A stretch of 52,232 nt of DNA, the filler included, from Squatina squatina (lineage: Eukaryota), in assembly GCA_031763465.1 (NCBI GenBank). It is 3 parts of 3 records of this genome, joined end to end, with 100 filler letters (N's around TTAATTAATTAA, not from the genome) between each part and the next. Parts side by side here need not be neighbours in the genome. Positions count along the whole stretch, not along the records: positions 1 to 19,533 come from JARFOE010000168.1; positions 19,634 to 37,294 come from JARFOE010000203.1; 1 more part is not named here. One strand, written 5' to 3'. Below the pieces are notes generated by a model, which did not search any database, had not been told where the DNA came from, and saw nothing but the letters and a program-made list of their open reading frames with translations. The position numbers were made by a program, and so were the translations under genes. Below are positions 12,708 to 24,010 of the stretch, in pieces. Each line of letters opens with the position of its first letter. Position 1 is the first letter of the stretch.

Positions 12708-13819
12708 CATGTACTCTTCATTCAGGATTTCAAACAATGTACCACACTGTGTTGCTGTTGCTGGCTCCAGATTTTGCATAAAATTCCATAGTTTATTGAA
12801 AAATTCACTGCAATATTTCAAAGTGTAATTATCTAAAGTAAGTGAAGATAGGCCACATCCTCAGTATTATCAACCCCTGTATGTAATAGATGTATGTGCA
12901 AGGGCCTTGGTGAGAAAGGTGAGGAAGGTACAAAGGATTCCTTTGTAGATAAGGTTTTTGAAAGTTTCTCAGAGAAACCTTTGTTTAATTTATGGCCTGA
13001 GGAAAATGATTATACTGGCAGTGTAAAGTTCTGCTTGGAGATATGAGTGAACTTCAGCCTGCTAGCTCATTTCAAAACTGAGAGTCCCGGGATTGAACTT
13101 AATGCCAAAAACCTGCTGTAGCGTGACCGAGCTGAGAGGAGCTAGATTTGAAGTTGAACCGGCATCTTCCTCTACTGTGATGGGAGTGCAGCTAGAGTTT
13201 GTAACATTGAAGAAAGAAAACCTAAGGAGGCTGGCAAAATTGGGGGTAGGTGGTGGTGGCGGGGGGAGAGCAGCCTCCAAAACAGGATGATTAACAGGCG
13301 CGTTTGTGTGACATCAAAGGGGATTTAACTTTATAGTAAACATGACCGTATAAAAGAGAAGCAGCAAGATAAGGTGCAGCTGCTAGAGGTAATATGTATC
13401 TGTCATTTAACAGCATTTATTTTAAAAAGTGCTTATTGCCACAAAAACCCTGATGTGTTCTAAATGTTTACACAATTAAATACAACAAAGTGAGATCAGA
13501 ATGATCTGGGCTGTTTAAATCTGAATCCAATTAAGTTTTGCAGTTGAAAAATGTAAACAATAAAACCAGACTAGTTTTTAGGATGAGACAGCTTTCTTTG
13601 ATGCTATTGAGGAAGCAGATAAAATGGCCATGAACTAACTTAGCTTTTATGGATACTTGTGAATGTAACATTTTGGAGATGTACTTTTCAGGTGTACATA
13701 CTGTAACAGTTTGGAGCTAATCACTTGCCTAAGTCAGTATTCATTTCTAGGCATGCAAATCACCCAAGTCCCAGAAACTAAATATAAAAGTGTAGGCAAG
13801 GAGCTAGAGCTGTTTCTTA

Positions 13820-14510
13820 GGAGGGAATTTTAACGTGGGTGAGCACGTGGGTTTGGGTGCGGCTGGGGTGTTAAGACCTGGAAAAATGCGAGCGGGTTGA
13901 GAAGCCAGCTCCAAACTGCCAACATCCCTATTTAACTCCAGCGTGTCACAATCCCTTCAGAAGAGGTGTGCTGTCAATTGAGAGTTGAAGTGCAGTTGAA
14001 AGTTAATCTCTCCACTACAGCAATATTAACATGGCTTTTGCAATTTAACTGTGGGTCCGCAGATTTCCTGGAACTCACCAGTGAAAGCAAGGTGAGAGCA
14101 CAGCAGCAATTGAGAGCGCTGAAGACCTGACAGGGAAAAATATCAATAAGTACTGACACCTCACTGCTGCTTTCTTGCCTGCTTGTGTGAAAGGCTTTAT
14201 TCACAGTTATTGTGGTGAGGGGTTAGCTTTACAAATTTGGAAATTACTTTTACAACTTTGGAGGTGTCGTCTAATCTTTGGAGATTTGTACATCTGATCT
14301 GCAGTTTGGAGCTCTGATCTATAAGATCAGCATGGGTGCTACTTTGGGCCTCAGATGAGGACCAAGATGACCAGCACCAGCGGGAGCAGGAGCAGCAATG
14401 ACTTGCAGCTGCACAGGAGCGAGTGGATCAGCAGAGAGGTGCAGCTCGCAGGAGGCCATACTCGCTACACAGGGTCTACAGGCAAAGGATAAGCTTCCTC
14501 GACATATCGG
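13820..14510 (+). mobile_element. PIF/Harbinger transposon 5' remnant
   Basis: RGAARRRPYSLHRVYRQRISFLDIS (about 14435-14510) parallels the RRPYPPKVFRE*FSYQNLS N-terminus at 43260-43310; truncated by a gap. Confidence 0.7.
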
Positions 14511-15084
14511 NNNNNNNNNNNNNNNNNNNNNNNNNNNNNNNNNNNNNNNNNNNNNNNNNNNNNNNNNNNNNNNNNNNNNNNNNNNNNNNNNNNNNNNNNN
14601 NNNNNNNNNNAGTCAGTACTGTTATTGCAGTTTACAACCTATATGTGATCAGTGACAGATGGTTAAATGTTTATAACATGTGTATAGCTTGTGTAATTCT
14701 ATTCACCCTCTGCTGTGCTAGTTTGATACAAGATCGTAGTAAGCTTTGCTGGAAGCCTAAGGACATCTACATTTTTATAAAAATGATTTGAAAAGAAAAT
14801 GATCCTGTATTTCAGTTTTCCCTGTCAGGAGTGGCATAAGAATGAAAAGTGAAAGGTTAAGACAGTGGTGTGTGAGTTTTTGCGCTCATTAAGGCATTGG
14901 ATGTTAGTGCTGGAAAATGGAAACATTTTCCATTTTAAGCACCCAAAATCAGCTTCAAACACACTTCAACATGGTCAAATAGAGAAAAACTCCATCTACT
15001 TTGCCCCAATAAAGTGCCTCTTCTCAACTTCAGAAGAGCATTGGCACTTGGCCTGACTTATTTCCATTTCCACTTCCATTTCAC

Positions 15085-15298
15085 TCGACAGTCCCAAGGC
15101 CTCTATGTTAATTTGCAAACTAAAGCAAAATTGGAGCAGCTTTGTGCCATGAGCTCCTGCCCACTAGGAACTGGATTTACACTGCCCACGCTCATTGTTA
15201 GGACCCAAACAGAGAGGGTGATTTTTGTCCATCAGTTTGGATTTGAACCCAGGTTTCAGAGGTGAAAGGATAGTGTCAATCCCACCACTGAATCACAA
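15085..15298 (-). mobile_element. LF-SINE-like element (5' half)
   Basis: Minus strand has CCTTTCACCTCT..CTGGGTTCAAATCCA..AATGAG..TCCAGTTCCTAGTGGGCAGG..CACAAA..AGAGGCC in the order of the recalled LF-SINE consensus. Confidence 0.7.
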
Positions 15299-16597
15299 CA
15301 TGGAACAGTGGAGGACTTATACAAGCACTCTCATTTGTGTTGTAACAAAGGTACAGACCTCTCACCCTGAGAATAGAAACTCTTTGTGCTACTTCCGGAA
15401 AATAATACCAATATTGTACCATAATTAGTATGACAGAAGCAGGTCAGTATATGCAAATATTCGTCTAATACACACTTTTTGTACTATGCCTTGCTATTCT
15501 TGTATTCTGCTAATGTCACTGTTAACTATTATTAAGAATAAAACCTTTTATTGTGTTTATTAATAGCAATCAGTGGTATCATGCAATATGTCTTTATCGC
15601 AGTACTATGTGACAAAAGGTTACTGCATATTTCTCATTATGAATTTTGGGATAATAAGCTATTATGTGTTGTGTGTAGGCTGATGTTTATTCTCATCTGG
15701 GGTTTCACTTGCTTTGAATCCTAATCAAAAAGCTCAGTGTTATCTGGATTTTGAGTTTCAGCTGTGGAATGTGAATTAGAAAGGGGATTGGGCAAAAAGA
15801 CAAACACTTGAATAAAAGTGCACAATCTATTATCATCCTAACAAATCAAAAGCTGCTTTTAATTCGGATTCCCAAGAGACCAGCGTTTGTCTCTGCATTT
15901 ACATGACTGNNNNNNNNNNNNNNNNNNNNNNNNNNNNNNNNNNNNNNNNNNNNNNNNNNNNNNNNNNNNNNNNNNNNNNNNNNNNNNNNNNNNNNNNNNN
16001 NNNNNNNNNCGATTTGCTCCGAGTGAGATTTACTGTTTTTTAAAAAATAAGCAGAGCGAAAAATGGTCGGAGACAGGGACACGCGAAGACAACAAAAAAC
16101 TAGTATGTGACCAGCATACAGAGAGTAAAAAGAGAGAGCTAAAAACAAACAGGAAGAGAGAATTTGAAAGTGCCAGTCTAGCAGACAGTTACTCAGAGAT
16201 GTGGGTTTTTTGTTATTGCATCTGAGCAATGTCACAGGAAATCAACTAGTTTATCTAAAATGTGAAAAAAACATTTAGACTAAAAATGCTACTCACAAAG
16301 CCAAGCGGTGGTATGCTTATTGTTTTAATCGTGATCCAATCTGTAAGGAGGAGTGGCATCAAATGGCATGGAATACCCAACAGTGGTACTTGTGATCGAC
16401 TGGAAGCTTCTACTGTTGGTCATTCCCAGTGCCCAAATAATCGTTCTAGTTGTTTTAAAATAGATTCACAGTAAGTTGGTCTGCCTGAAGTACCTTTCTG
16501 GTTATGAGGAGGGATTGTTGCAGCTATCAGGAATTACTTGGTTTGGTGCTCCATATTCAAATAGTGTGTTTATTTACAGCACACATGGTATTATTTG

Positions 16598-17056
16598 GGA
16601 TTCTATTGTAAGGGGAATAGATAGGCGTTTCTGTGGCCGCAAACAAGACTACAGGATGGTATGTTGCCTCCCTGGTGCAAGGGTCAAGGATTTCTCGGAG
16701 CAGCTGCAGGGCATTCTGGAGGGGGAGGGTGAACAGCCAGTTGTTGTGGTGCACAGAGGGACCAATGATATAGGTAAAAAACGGGATGAGGTCCTAGAAG
16801 GTGAATTTAGGGAGTTAGGAGATAAATTAAAAAGTAGGACCTCAAAAGGTAATAATCTCCAGATTACTACCAGTGCCACAGGCGAGTCAGTGTAGAAATA
16901 GGAGGATAATTCAGATGAAAACCTGGCTTGAGAAATGGTGCAAGGGGGAGGGATTCAAATTCCTGGGACATTGCAACCAGTTCTGGGGGAGGTGGGACCA
17001 GTACAAACTGGATGGTCTGCACCTGGGCAGGACTGGAACCAATGTCCTGGGGGGAG
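16598..17056 (+). mobile_element. CR1 LINE ORF1 SGNH-esterase domain fragment (frameshifted)
   Basis: DSIVRGIDRRFCG...VCCLPGARVKD...VVVHRGTNDIG..., then a second frame WLEKWCKGEGFKF...DGLHLGRTGT, giving the GDS, GxND and DxxH blocks. Confidence 0.9.
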
Positions 17057-18690
17057 NNNNNNNNNNNNNNNNNNNNNNNNNNNNNNNNNNNNNNNNNNNN
17101 NNNNNNNNNNNNNNNNNNNNNNNNNNNNNNNNNNNNNNNNNNNNNNNNNNNNNNNNGGTACAATTTATACATTTTGTCAACCAGTTATACCTATCCCTCA
17201 CCTAAAGGCATCTAACTAGCATTTTATCAACATAAATTGGAGCTTAATCCTTAAGTATTTATTGAAAATGTCAGCTCATCCCATGTACAGTTTTCGAGCT
17301 TTAACTAAAGCGATTCCAACCAATTGCACTGAAGCAATCTTGTTCTGAAAAGCATTGTGACCTTGTAATGTGAAACATAATTGAATACACTTAACAGTAC
17401 AGTGGCAAAAAGATTTCAGATATTCTAAACGTCTCCTCTCATTTTAACCCAAGCTGCGTTTGCCCTTAACAGTCACATTTTTTACTGATGAAGAAAAGAG
17501 TCCACCAAAACTAAGTTACAAGAAATAATTTGGCTTAATCTTCTTCACATGCCGCATTTTCACTCAAGCACCTATGAGCGGTTGTCATTCTTTGTGGAGT
17601 CTGCTCCTTCCAGCATTAATCATTAACAGGAAATGTTCGACGTTATATTAAAACAAGATGTGAGGTTCGAATGATTTTTTTCCGGCAGGATTTCTCGCCA
17701 GTCAGATTGTCCGAGCATTTTGCCATCCTGCAGCTTCTGGAAGCAAGTTCTCATTTACACAGCCACATGACTTTAATCATTATCAGGGAAAAAGGGGCAG
17801 CAGAGTTTTAGTGGAGACTGACTTGCATTTGCATATGAAGAAAGATGTGTGGGCATCCCATAGCTTCCTAAAGACTCTCCACGGAGAGTGAAAGATGGAA
17901 GGAGAATAAAACAGTAAAGCAGGCTTTTCCATTCAAAGCTTGAGGATTCATGCTGCTTCCTGTGGTGATCTGTTGATTAAGCTGAAGTAGGGAAAGCCAT
18001 AATTCTAAAACCACTTTAATTTCCTAAACAGAGGTTTGATGGTGTAGTTCTGGTTTTAAAAAAAAATGACTAGAATTGCTCTTTTGTTTAGTGCTGATTT
18101 AAATATTAATTTGCCGTGTGGCTGTTTGTACTGAAGCAAGTTTCCAGGATTCTGCCATATGCTGCCTCCTCTTTTGAATAGGAGCCTGTCATTTAATGAG
18201 ATTTTGACATAGGGTTACATGCTATTGTTGAAGTCCCCACACGCTCTCCCACTTCCTCTGGAGTGCAAATAATGTAGTGGCTCTGAGCTTCCTGCTGCAG
18301 CTTTCCTGTGTTTGCACACTGCTTAGAAACACTCAGCTTCACTTCTGAAAGCAAATAGTGGCAATATTACATTATACCTCCTGTAAAATCTACAGGGGAG
18401 AAGAGCCAGGTCTTAAAGAAGGTAAGTTCTGTCTGTACTTGGTTACTTAAAGAGATGATCAAATGTTGAAGAGTAGTTGCTTGTACTGTTAGGTAGTTGT
18501 GCCTGTTGATGGCACATGTGCTCTTTAATGAGGGGATTTGAGGCAGAAATGCAGACAGTAGATCTGGTGCTTTACATGNNNNNNNNNNNNNNNNNNNNNN
18601 NNNNNNNNNNNNNNNNNNNNNNNNNNNNNNNNNNNNNNNNNNNNNNNNNNNNNNNNNNNNNNNNNNNNNNNNNNNNNNACATGGCACTGC

Positions 18691-18717
18691 TGTGTGTGTG
18701 TGTGTGTGTGTGTGTGT
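18691..18717. repeat. (TG)13 microsatellite
   Basis: Directly visible. Confidence 0.95.
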
Positions 18718-19394
18718 ATCTAGGCTAAACTTCACTGATTGCGTAAATAGATATTTCAGATTGAACGTTGCATGTGATAAGTGATTGTGCTGCTTGAGTT
18801 TGTCTCTTGCGTGATATTTAAGGGCTGTTCACAATAATTTGCTAAGAATCTTTAAAAGTCGCATTCCATTGTTCAGTTTCTGTACAGTGCTGTAGTATTC
18901 TAGATTAAACTTGGCTGGAATTACAAAGCTGTGGAAAGGAAGTAGTATTAGTGCTGTACTTTTCTGCATGCCTCTAACTAAAGCAAATCTTGAGTTCTTT
19001 AGTCTATGAGATGGAGTGGGGTTGGGGGCATGTTACCTTGTAATTTATCCTAAGCTGTTTATCAGAAAAAAATTGGTAGTTCTCCAGGAACATATTGCAT
19101 TCAGTAGTGTACTAATTTTAATAACTATTGGTTACTGGATCTAGCTATTATCAGCAATGTAACTATACCCTTTCGGATTGCCAGCTGTTCAAGGTTAAAA
19201 TACTGAAATTAGCTACTTTTGGTGACTTATCTGAATACATTACAATATATTACCAATGTCTCCTTGATATTAATGTACATTTTGATTTTGGTTATAATTT
19301 ATGTAGCCAGTTCGTAACATTTTATAACTGTACTATTTTACAGAAGGAGTGTGGAGATAGGATTCAGTAAATACTGAACATAAAATAGCATGTT

Positions 19395-19533
19395 AGGAGC
19401 TGAGTGGTAGAGAGCACTACCTTTTCATCTCTGGACTTGGGTTCAAAGTCAAATTCAGCCCAGGCTGATGCGGTGAAGGTATCCCCTCTGAGTTCGCTGA
19501 CTACAAACGGTCCTAAATTAAAACAGCATGGGA
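19395..19533 (+). mobile_element. LF-SINE-like head, truncated by the linker
   Basis: gctgagtggt (A-box-like)...ccttttcatctct...gggttcaaa...cagcccagg, homologous to the head at 15230-15298. Confidence 0.55.
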
Positions 19534-19633
19534 NNNNNNNNNNNNNNNNNNNNNNNNNNNNNNNNNNNNNNNNNNNNTTAATTAATTAANNNNNNNNNNN
19601 NNNNNNNNNNNNNNNNNNNNNNNNNNNNNNNNN
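19534..19633. other. Artificial assembly linker N44-TTAATTAATTAA-N44
   Basis: A 12-mer with stop codons in all six frames (19578-19589) sits exactly in the centre of a 100-nt gap. Confidence 0.95.
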
Positions 19634-19768
19634 TACAGTCAAGTCGATGGTCTTTTGCTGAAGAAAGGAAAAGTCATTTTAATAGTTGGACTGCCATATT
19701 GCAGAGGTGATTATTGATTGGATAACAAATTCCAAGTTCAGTATGATGTTTTTCAATGTATTTTGCAG

Positions 19769-19906
19769 GCTAGAGATTCGGGCTGATATTCAAAAAGAAG
19801 GCTACAGTTTGTATAAAGATTCCATCAGCCTAGGGGCAACCAGCGATAACGCCAGCACCAGGGCCATGGCAGGTTCTATCATCAGCTCTTACAATCCACA
19901 GGACAG
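19769..19906 (+). CDS. RNF19B: RNF19B (RBR E3 ubiquitin ligase, NKLAM), penultimate coding exon, 138 bp, phase 2-2
   Basis: Acceptor ttttgcag| and donor AG|gtgagc. Translates (R)[45 protein letters not shown](R); the [22 protein letters not shown] block matches recalled RNF19B better than RNF19A (NASTKAMAGSILNSYIPLDK). Confidence 0.92.
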
Positions 19907-20379
19907 GTGAGCTAAGAAACCTGTCATACTCCAAGCGAATGAACAAACTGTACCTTACCTAACGAACCTCCTTCCAATAGAAAATTGAAGTTGTTTGAAA
20001 ATAGTTTGATGCTCTGAGAATCCATACGCCCAAAAATTATTCTAAGAGTATTGTAAATCAGCATTCATTTCTACATGGAAACATAGTCCTCTAATTTCAG
20101 CTTGTCACTAGCAGCACTGGAGGCCTGGGAGCATGTTGTTTGCTTAACTTTCAAATTACAGCTCATTTGAGTCTGATCAGTCTGGAGAATGAGGAGAAAA
20201 ATAAAAGGGGAGCTTATACTCAAAGTCCATTGCATAGAGTTCCTCAATCTGAATCCTTCCGTCCTCTCATCTTGGAAGATTTTGCTCTGTTGTGCTCTTG
20301 TTGATGCTTTTCATTCAATACCATAGTCTTGATTAATGAATCATCAACCATCCCATCCCATTAGGAAAATAGAAACGTC

Positions 20380-20635
20380 AAATAAAAACAGAAAATGCTG
20401 GAAACACTCAGCAGGTCAGGCAGCAGCTGTGGAGAGAGAAACAGAGTTAATGTTTCAGGTCAATGACCTTCTGTCAGAACTGGAAAAAGTTGGAGCTGTA
20501 ACAGGTTTTAAGCAAGTACAGAGGCAGGGAAAAAAGGGGAAGGGGAGGAAAGAACAAAAGGAAAGGTCTGTGATGGGGTGGAAGTAAAGGGGGGATTAAA
20601 TGACCAAAGGGATGATGGTGCAAGACAACAGCAGG
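20380..20635 (-). mobile_element. Penelope-like element terminal fragment
   Basis: cagaaaatgctggaaacactcagcaggtcaggcagc...gtttcaggtcaatgacctt is shared with 25730-25835, where it lies beside a GIY-YIG C-terminal peptide. Confidence 0.7.
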
Positions 20636-22790
20636 CACCGGTTTAATCGCTCCTGCCATCCACAGATAGGATAGTGGAGGCGAAAGCCCAGGAGTCATTT
20701 CAATGCTGCGACAGGGGGGTTTAGTCTGGATGGATGAACGATGGAACAAATGACTTTTCTCATCCCCAATCATCTTGCGACACTGTGCTGCTGCTGTGGC
20801 TCAGTGACAAACTACATAATGAGTGTGCGCATTAGCAGAGCTGCAGTGACATTCCGGATGCATCGTTCTGTCACACCGTCGAGGACTGACACACTTATGT
20901 CAAATCCCCTGATCAGTTTGAAGAGGTGCGCTCTTTTTAATGACCAGAGAGTTGTACTCATGGTGGATTGCCCTTTAACATCTCCCTGTTGTTAAATGCA
21001 CTGCAGTTGTCCCTTGGGGGTAGATGTGTTGCAGTATGTGTGTGATGCCAGAGACTGAGGGTTCAGTGCAGTCTAGGCTGCCTGTCAGACTCCGTGTTTA
21101 CACACTAAATACAATGGCAATGCTGCTCAATGCTCCGAATTTTACTCCAGTTGAAAGTAAGGTCAAATACTGACTGATTTCAGTAGGAATCTGTGGAGGC
21201 TGGTGCCCAGGTCACTGGCCTTCACAAGCTTGAAATCGGATGCCATAAATTCCTGCTCGATGGTAAACACGCCACTTTTAGCGAGAGCAGAATTGGTGGG
21301 AGTTAAAATGCTCGCCGCGCCTTACTCACCCAATCCTCTCGCCATGTTAACAGGCCCATGGACCAGGCAAGCAAGGGTCTCATCTGCATGCCCTTCAGAC
21401 CCTGACTAGATTCTAACTCCTGTCAGCCCATTGGCTGCCAAGGTCAGCGGGAGCGAGGACCAGGGAGCAGGGTGGACCAGAGGGCTGTAAAGGTAATTAC
21501 ATTTTTTTTTTAAGGTTTCNNNNNNNNNNNNNNNNNNNNNNNNNNNNNNNNNNNNNNNNNNNNNNNNNNNNNNNNNNNNNNNNNNNNNNNNNNNNNNNNN
21601 NNNNNNNNNNNNNNNNNNNCAGGGTCAGGCTTACGGACTGAATGGAGGTGTTCCGCAAAGCGATCACCCAATCTGTGTTTGGTCTCCCCAGTGTAGAGGA
21701 GATGGCATCGTGAACAATGAATACAGTATATTCAATTGAAAGAATTAGAAACATCGCCTAGCGTCAGGTTCTGTGTCAAAATCCAGCTGACATACAATTC
21801 CATGTAACACAGAAATTGTTCACTATTAGGGAAACAAGGTCACATTGGCATAGATTTAAGAACTGGAACATTTCAGCACCCCATTATAAGTTGAAAACTT
21901 GCAGTGCTTACATTTTACTCAGACTTAAATTACTTACCCCAGTGCCATGTTTAGGATCTTTTTTCACAAAGGATTGAAAAAAAAGCTATATTTAAGGGTC
22001 GTGTTTTCAAGCAAAGTATAGTCATGCACATTTACATAAAGGTACTGAGACAAAAGTTGGTAAAAATGTTAATGAAACAAGTTTGATGATGATTCCTTAA
22101 AGACTGTAAACGATGAGCAATTTATTAACCTACCTCAGCAATCGATAAACACCTCACACACGTTCTGCTGTGAAGTCTCAGTTTCCACACACTCACCAGG
22201 AATGGTCTGGCGGGCCTTCGCTTCTGGCTATGAACACAGTGATAAAAGCAGAGATAAGGTTAGCCAAGTTTAAAACTGAAAACTGAAAGCTGCAAGTGTA
22301 AGCTTTGGCCAGGCTCAGAAGAACAATGCTGGAAAGCAGATAGGAGTTATTTTGTTTAAAGTCAAGCAAGGTGACTGCTTGAGGTGGGGAAGTAAATTGT
22401 TTTCATTAGTTTGTATGATTATGCAGAGAGACAAGTTGTCCTGATTGAACATATCTGTTGCTTTACATGAAAAAACAGCTTAATGATTCATATCTGGTCT
22501 CGTCTTGCCAGGTTTTTCTCATCCACTGTCAAAAGGATTGGAGAGAAATGAGACACAAATATTTGGTTCAGATCATGGGGGTGGGGTGGGGGAATACTAT
22601 TGTTACACCCCAGGGTTATTCTATCATACAGTTAGATATTGGGATGCAAGTACAACACTCCTAACTGTAAGATGCTCAGACTGCTTATGGAGGTGACCTA
22701 TACCTGAGAGAAAAGCTAAGGCAAGACCCAAATTTGTAATTGAGGACTTCAAAGTAACTATTTTAATTAATATATTTATTTTTATTACAG

Positions 22791-23229
22791 GGAGTACAAT
22801 AATCTGGAAGTGCAAGTTGATATTGAAACCAAACCCAGCCACTTGTGTTTAACCAGTGGTAGCAGCATTGATGAATCACTTCACCTCCACACTCAGTCAG
22901 TAGAGGGACTCTGCTGTGATGAGAAGGACAGCTCTTGCAATAGTGACCACAGGGACTGCATCACAAGCAAAACATGCGATGTAACACTTGCTCAACCAGA
23001 GAGCATAAAAAGTGATGAAGATAGCACAGACACTCAGTCAGATGATATGCCTGACATTAGTTCAGATGAAGGTGATTCACCCAGTCCAATTAATGGCAGC
23101 CAACTGGAAATTGCTGTTTCAGATATCAAGCTCTTAAACAATGAGAGCTTGGAGTGTGATGATGTACAAAGGAAATATACTCTTGAGCAAGATGAACAGC
23201 AAACAGAGACTGTAGTATACTATGTCTAA
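22791..23229 (+). CDS. RNF19B: RNF19B terminal coding exon
   Basis: Acceptor tttttattacag| is phase-compatible with the previous exon (AG|G = Arg). Translates EYNNLEVQVDIETKPSH...LAQPESIKSD...QSDDMPDISSDE...VVYYV*, matching the RNF19B motifs EIQVDIEAKPSH, LAQPESIRSD and QSDDVPDITSDE. Confidence 0.92.
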
Positions 23230-23377
23230 ACCCACAATCCTCACTTAATACATCAACCCATAACATGCACCTTATTCTTCAGCCTATGGAAATATATTCT
23301 ATTCAGTGTCTCATTCCAATGTGTTTAAATGTACAGGGTTACATTGCACATTTGACAATCGCATCTTTGACACAGTA

Positions 23378-23383
23378 AATAAA
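23378..23383 (+). promoter_or_regulatory. Candidate polyadenylation signal of RNF19B
   Basis: AATAAA about 150 nt after the stop codon, followed by T-rich sequence; a second AATAAA lies at 23651. Confidence 0.5.
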
Positions 23384-24004
23384 GATATTAATTGCTTAGT
23401 TTCTTAATTAATTTTATTGTGAAACCTATCACTGTTACATTTGCATGATTTGCCAAGCTATTTGTTTCTGAGAATTGTTCCCCCCTCTCCTCTATCAAAA
23501 AAAAATATTTCAGTCCTACAGGGATAACCGACATTTAAAAATTGTTCTAGTCATCCCAAAAGTCAAGTTTTGCTAGGCTGCTGGCTGACTTGGAGCCCTT
23601 CTCTTTCTGACTTGCAAGACATGAATTCTAAACAATCATTTTATAAAGAGAATAAAAAGATCCTAAAAGTGGTGACTGGTGTTATGTGGGTTCTGTCTCG
23701 CAGGTTACTACACCTCAATGTGGTTACATACCAAGTGGAATAGATTGAAGGGTAGAGTAAGAAAAATCGTCCTCAGTTTATATTTTCGGGTAACTTCAAG
23801 ATTGAGCTCAGATCTAAACAGCTGAAGTTGTTGCTGCAAAGTCAGTTGNNNNNNNNNNNNNNNNNNNNNNNNNNNNNNNNNNNNNNNNNNNNNNNNNNNN
23901 NNNNNNNNNNNNNNNNNNNNNNNNNNNNNNNNNNNNNNNNNNNNNNNNCACGTGATAATATATCAATCTTTAATTATAAATGATATTAGTTACAATATAC
24001 CAAA

Positions 24005-24010
24005 TTTATT
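24005..24010 (-). promoter_or_regulatory. Candidate polyadenylation signal of the mannosidase gene; putative 3' UTR about 23990-26500
   Basis: TTTATT on plus (AATAAA on minus) at the end of a long AT-rich tract downstream of the mannosidase exons; the terminal coding exon itself is not visible. Confidence 0.4.

Noticed and set aside
13242-13267. G-rich tract as a G-quadruplex element
   Set aside because: Only two long G-runs plus GG repeats; common and unsupported by other evidence.
16476-17056. Cellular GDSL/SGNH esterase gene
   Set aside because: Frameshifted CR1 ORF1 fragment with the GDS block truncated.
19395-19470. tRNA gene (A- and B-box-like motifs; also about 15230-15298 and 4430-4510)
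   Set aside because: No complete cloverleaf; the sequence continues into SINE body.
22810-23229. Stand-alone 139-aa acidic protein
   Set aside because: It is the terminal RNF19B exon, starting at the acceptor at 22791; the track start is a GTG.
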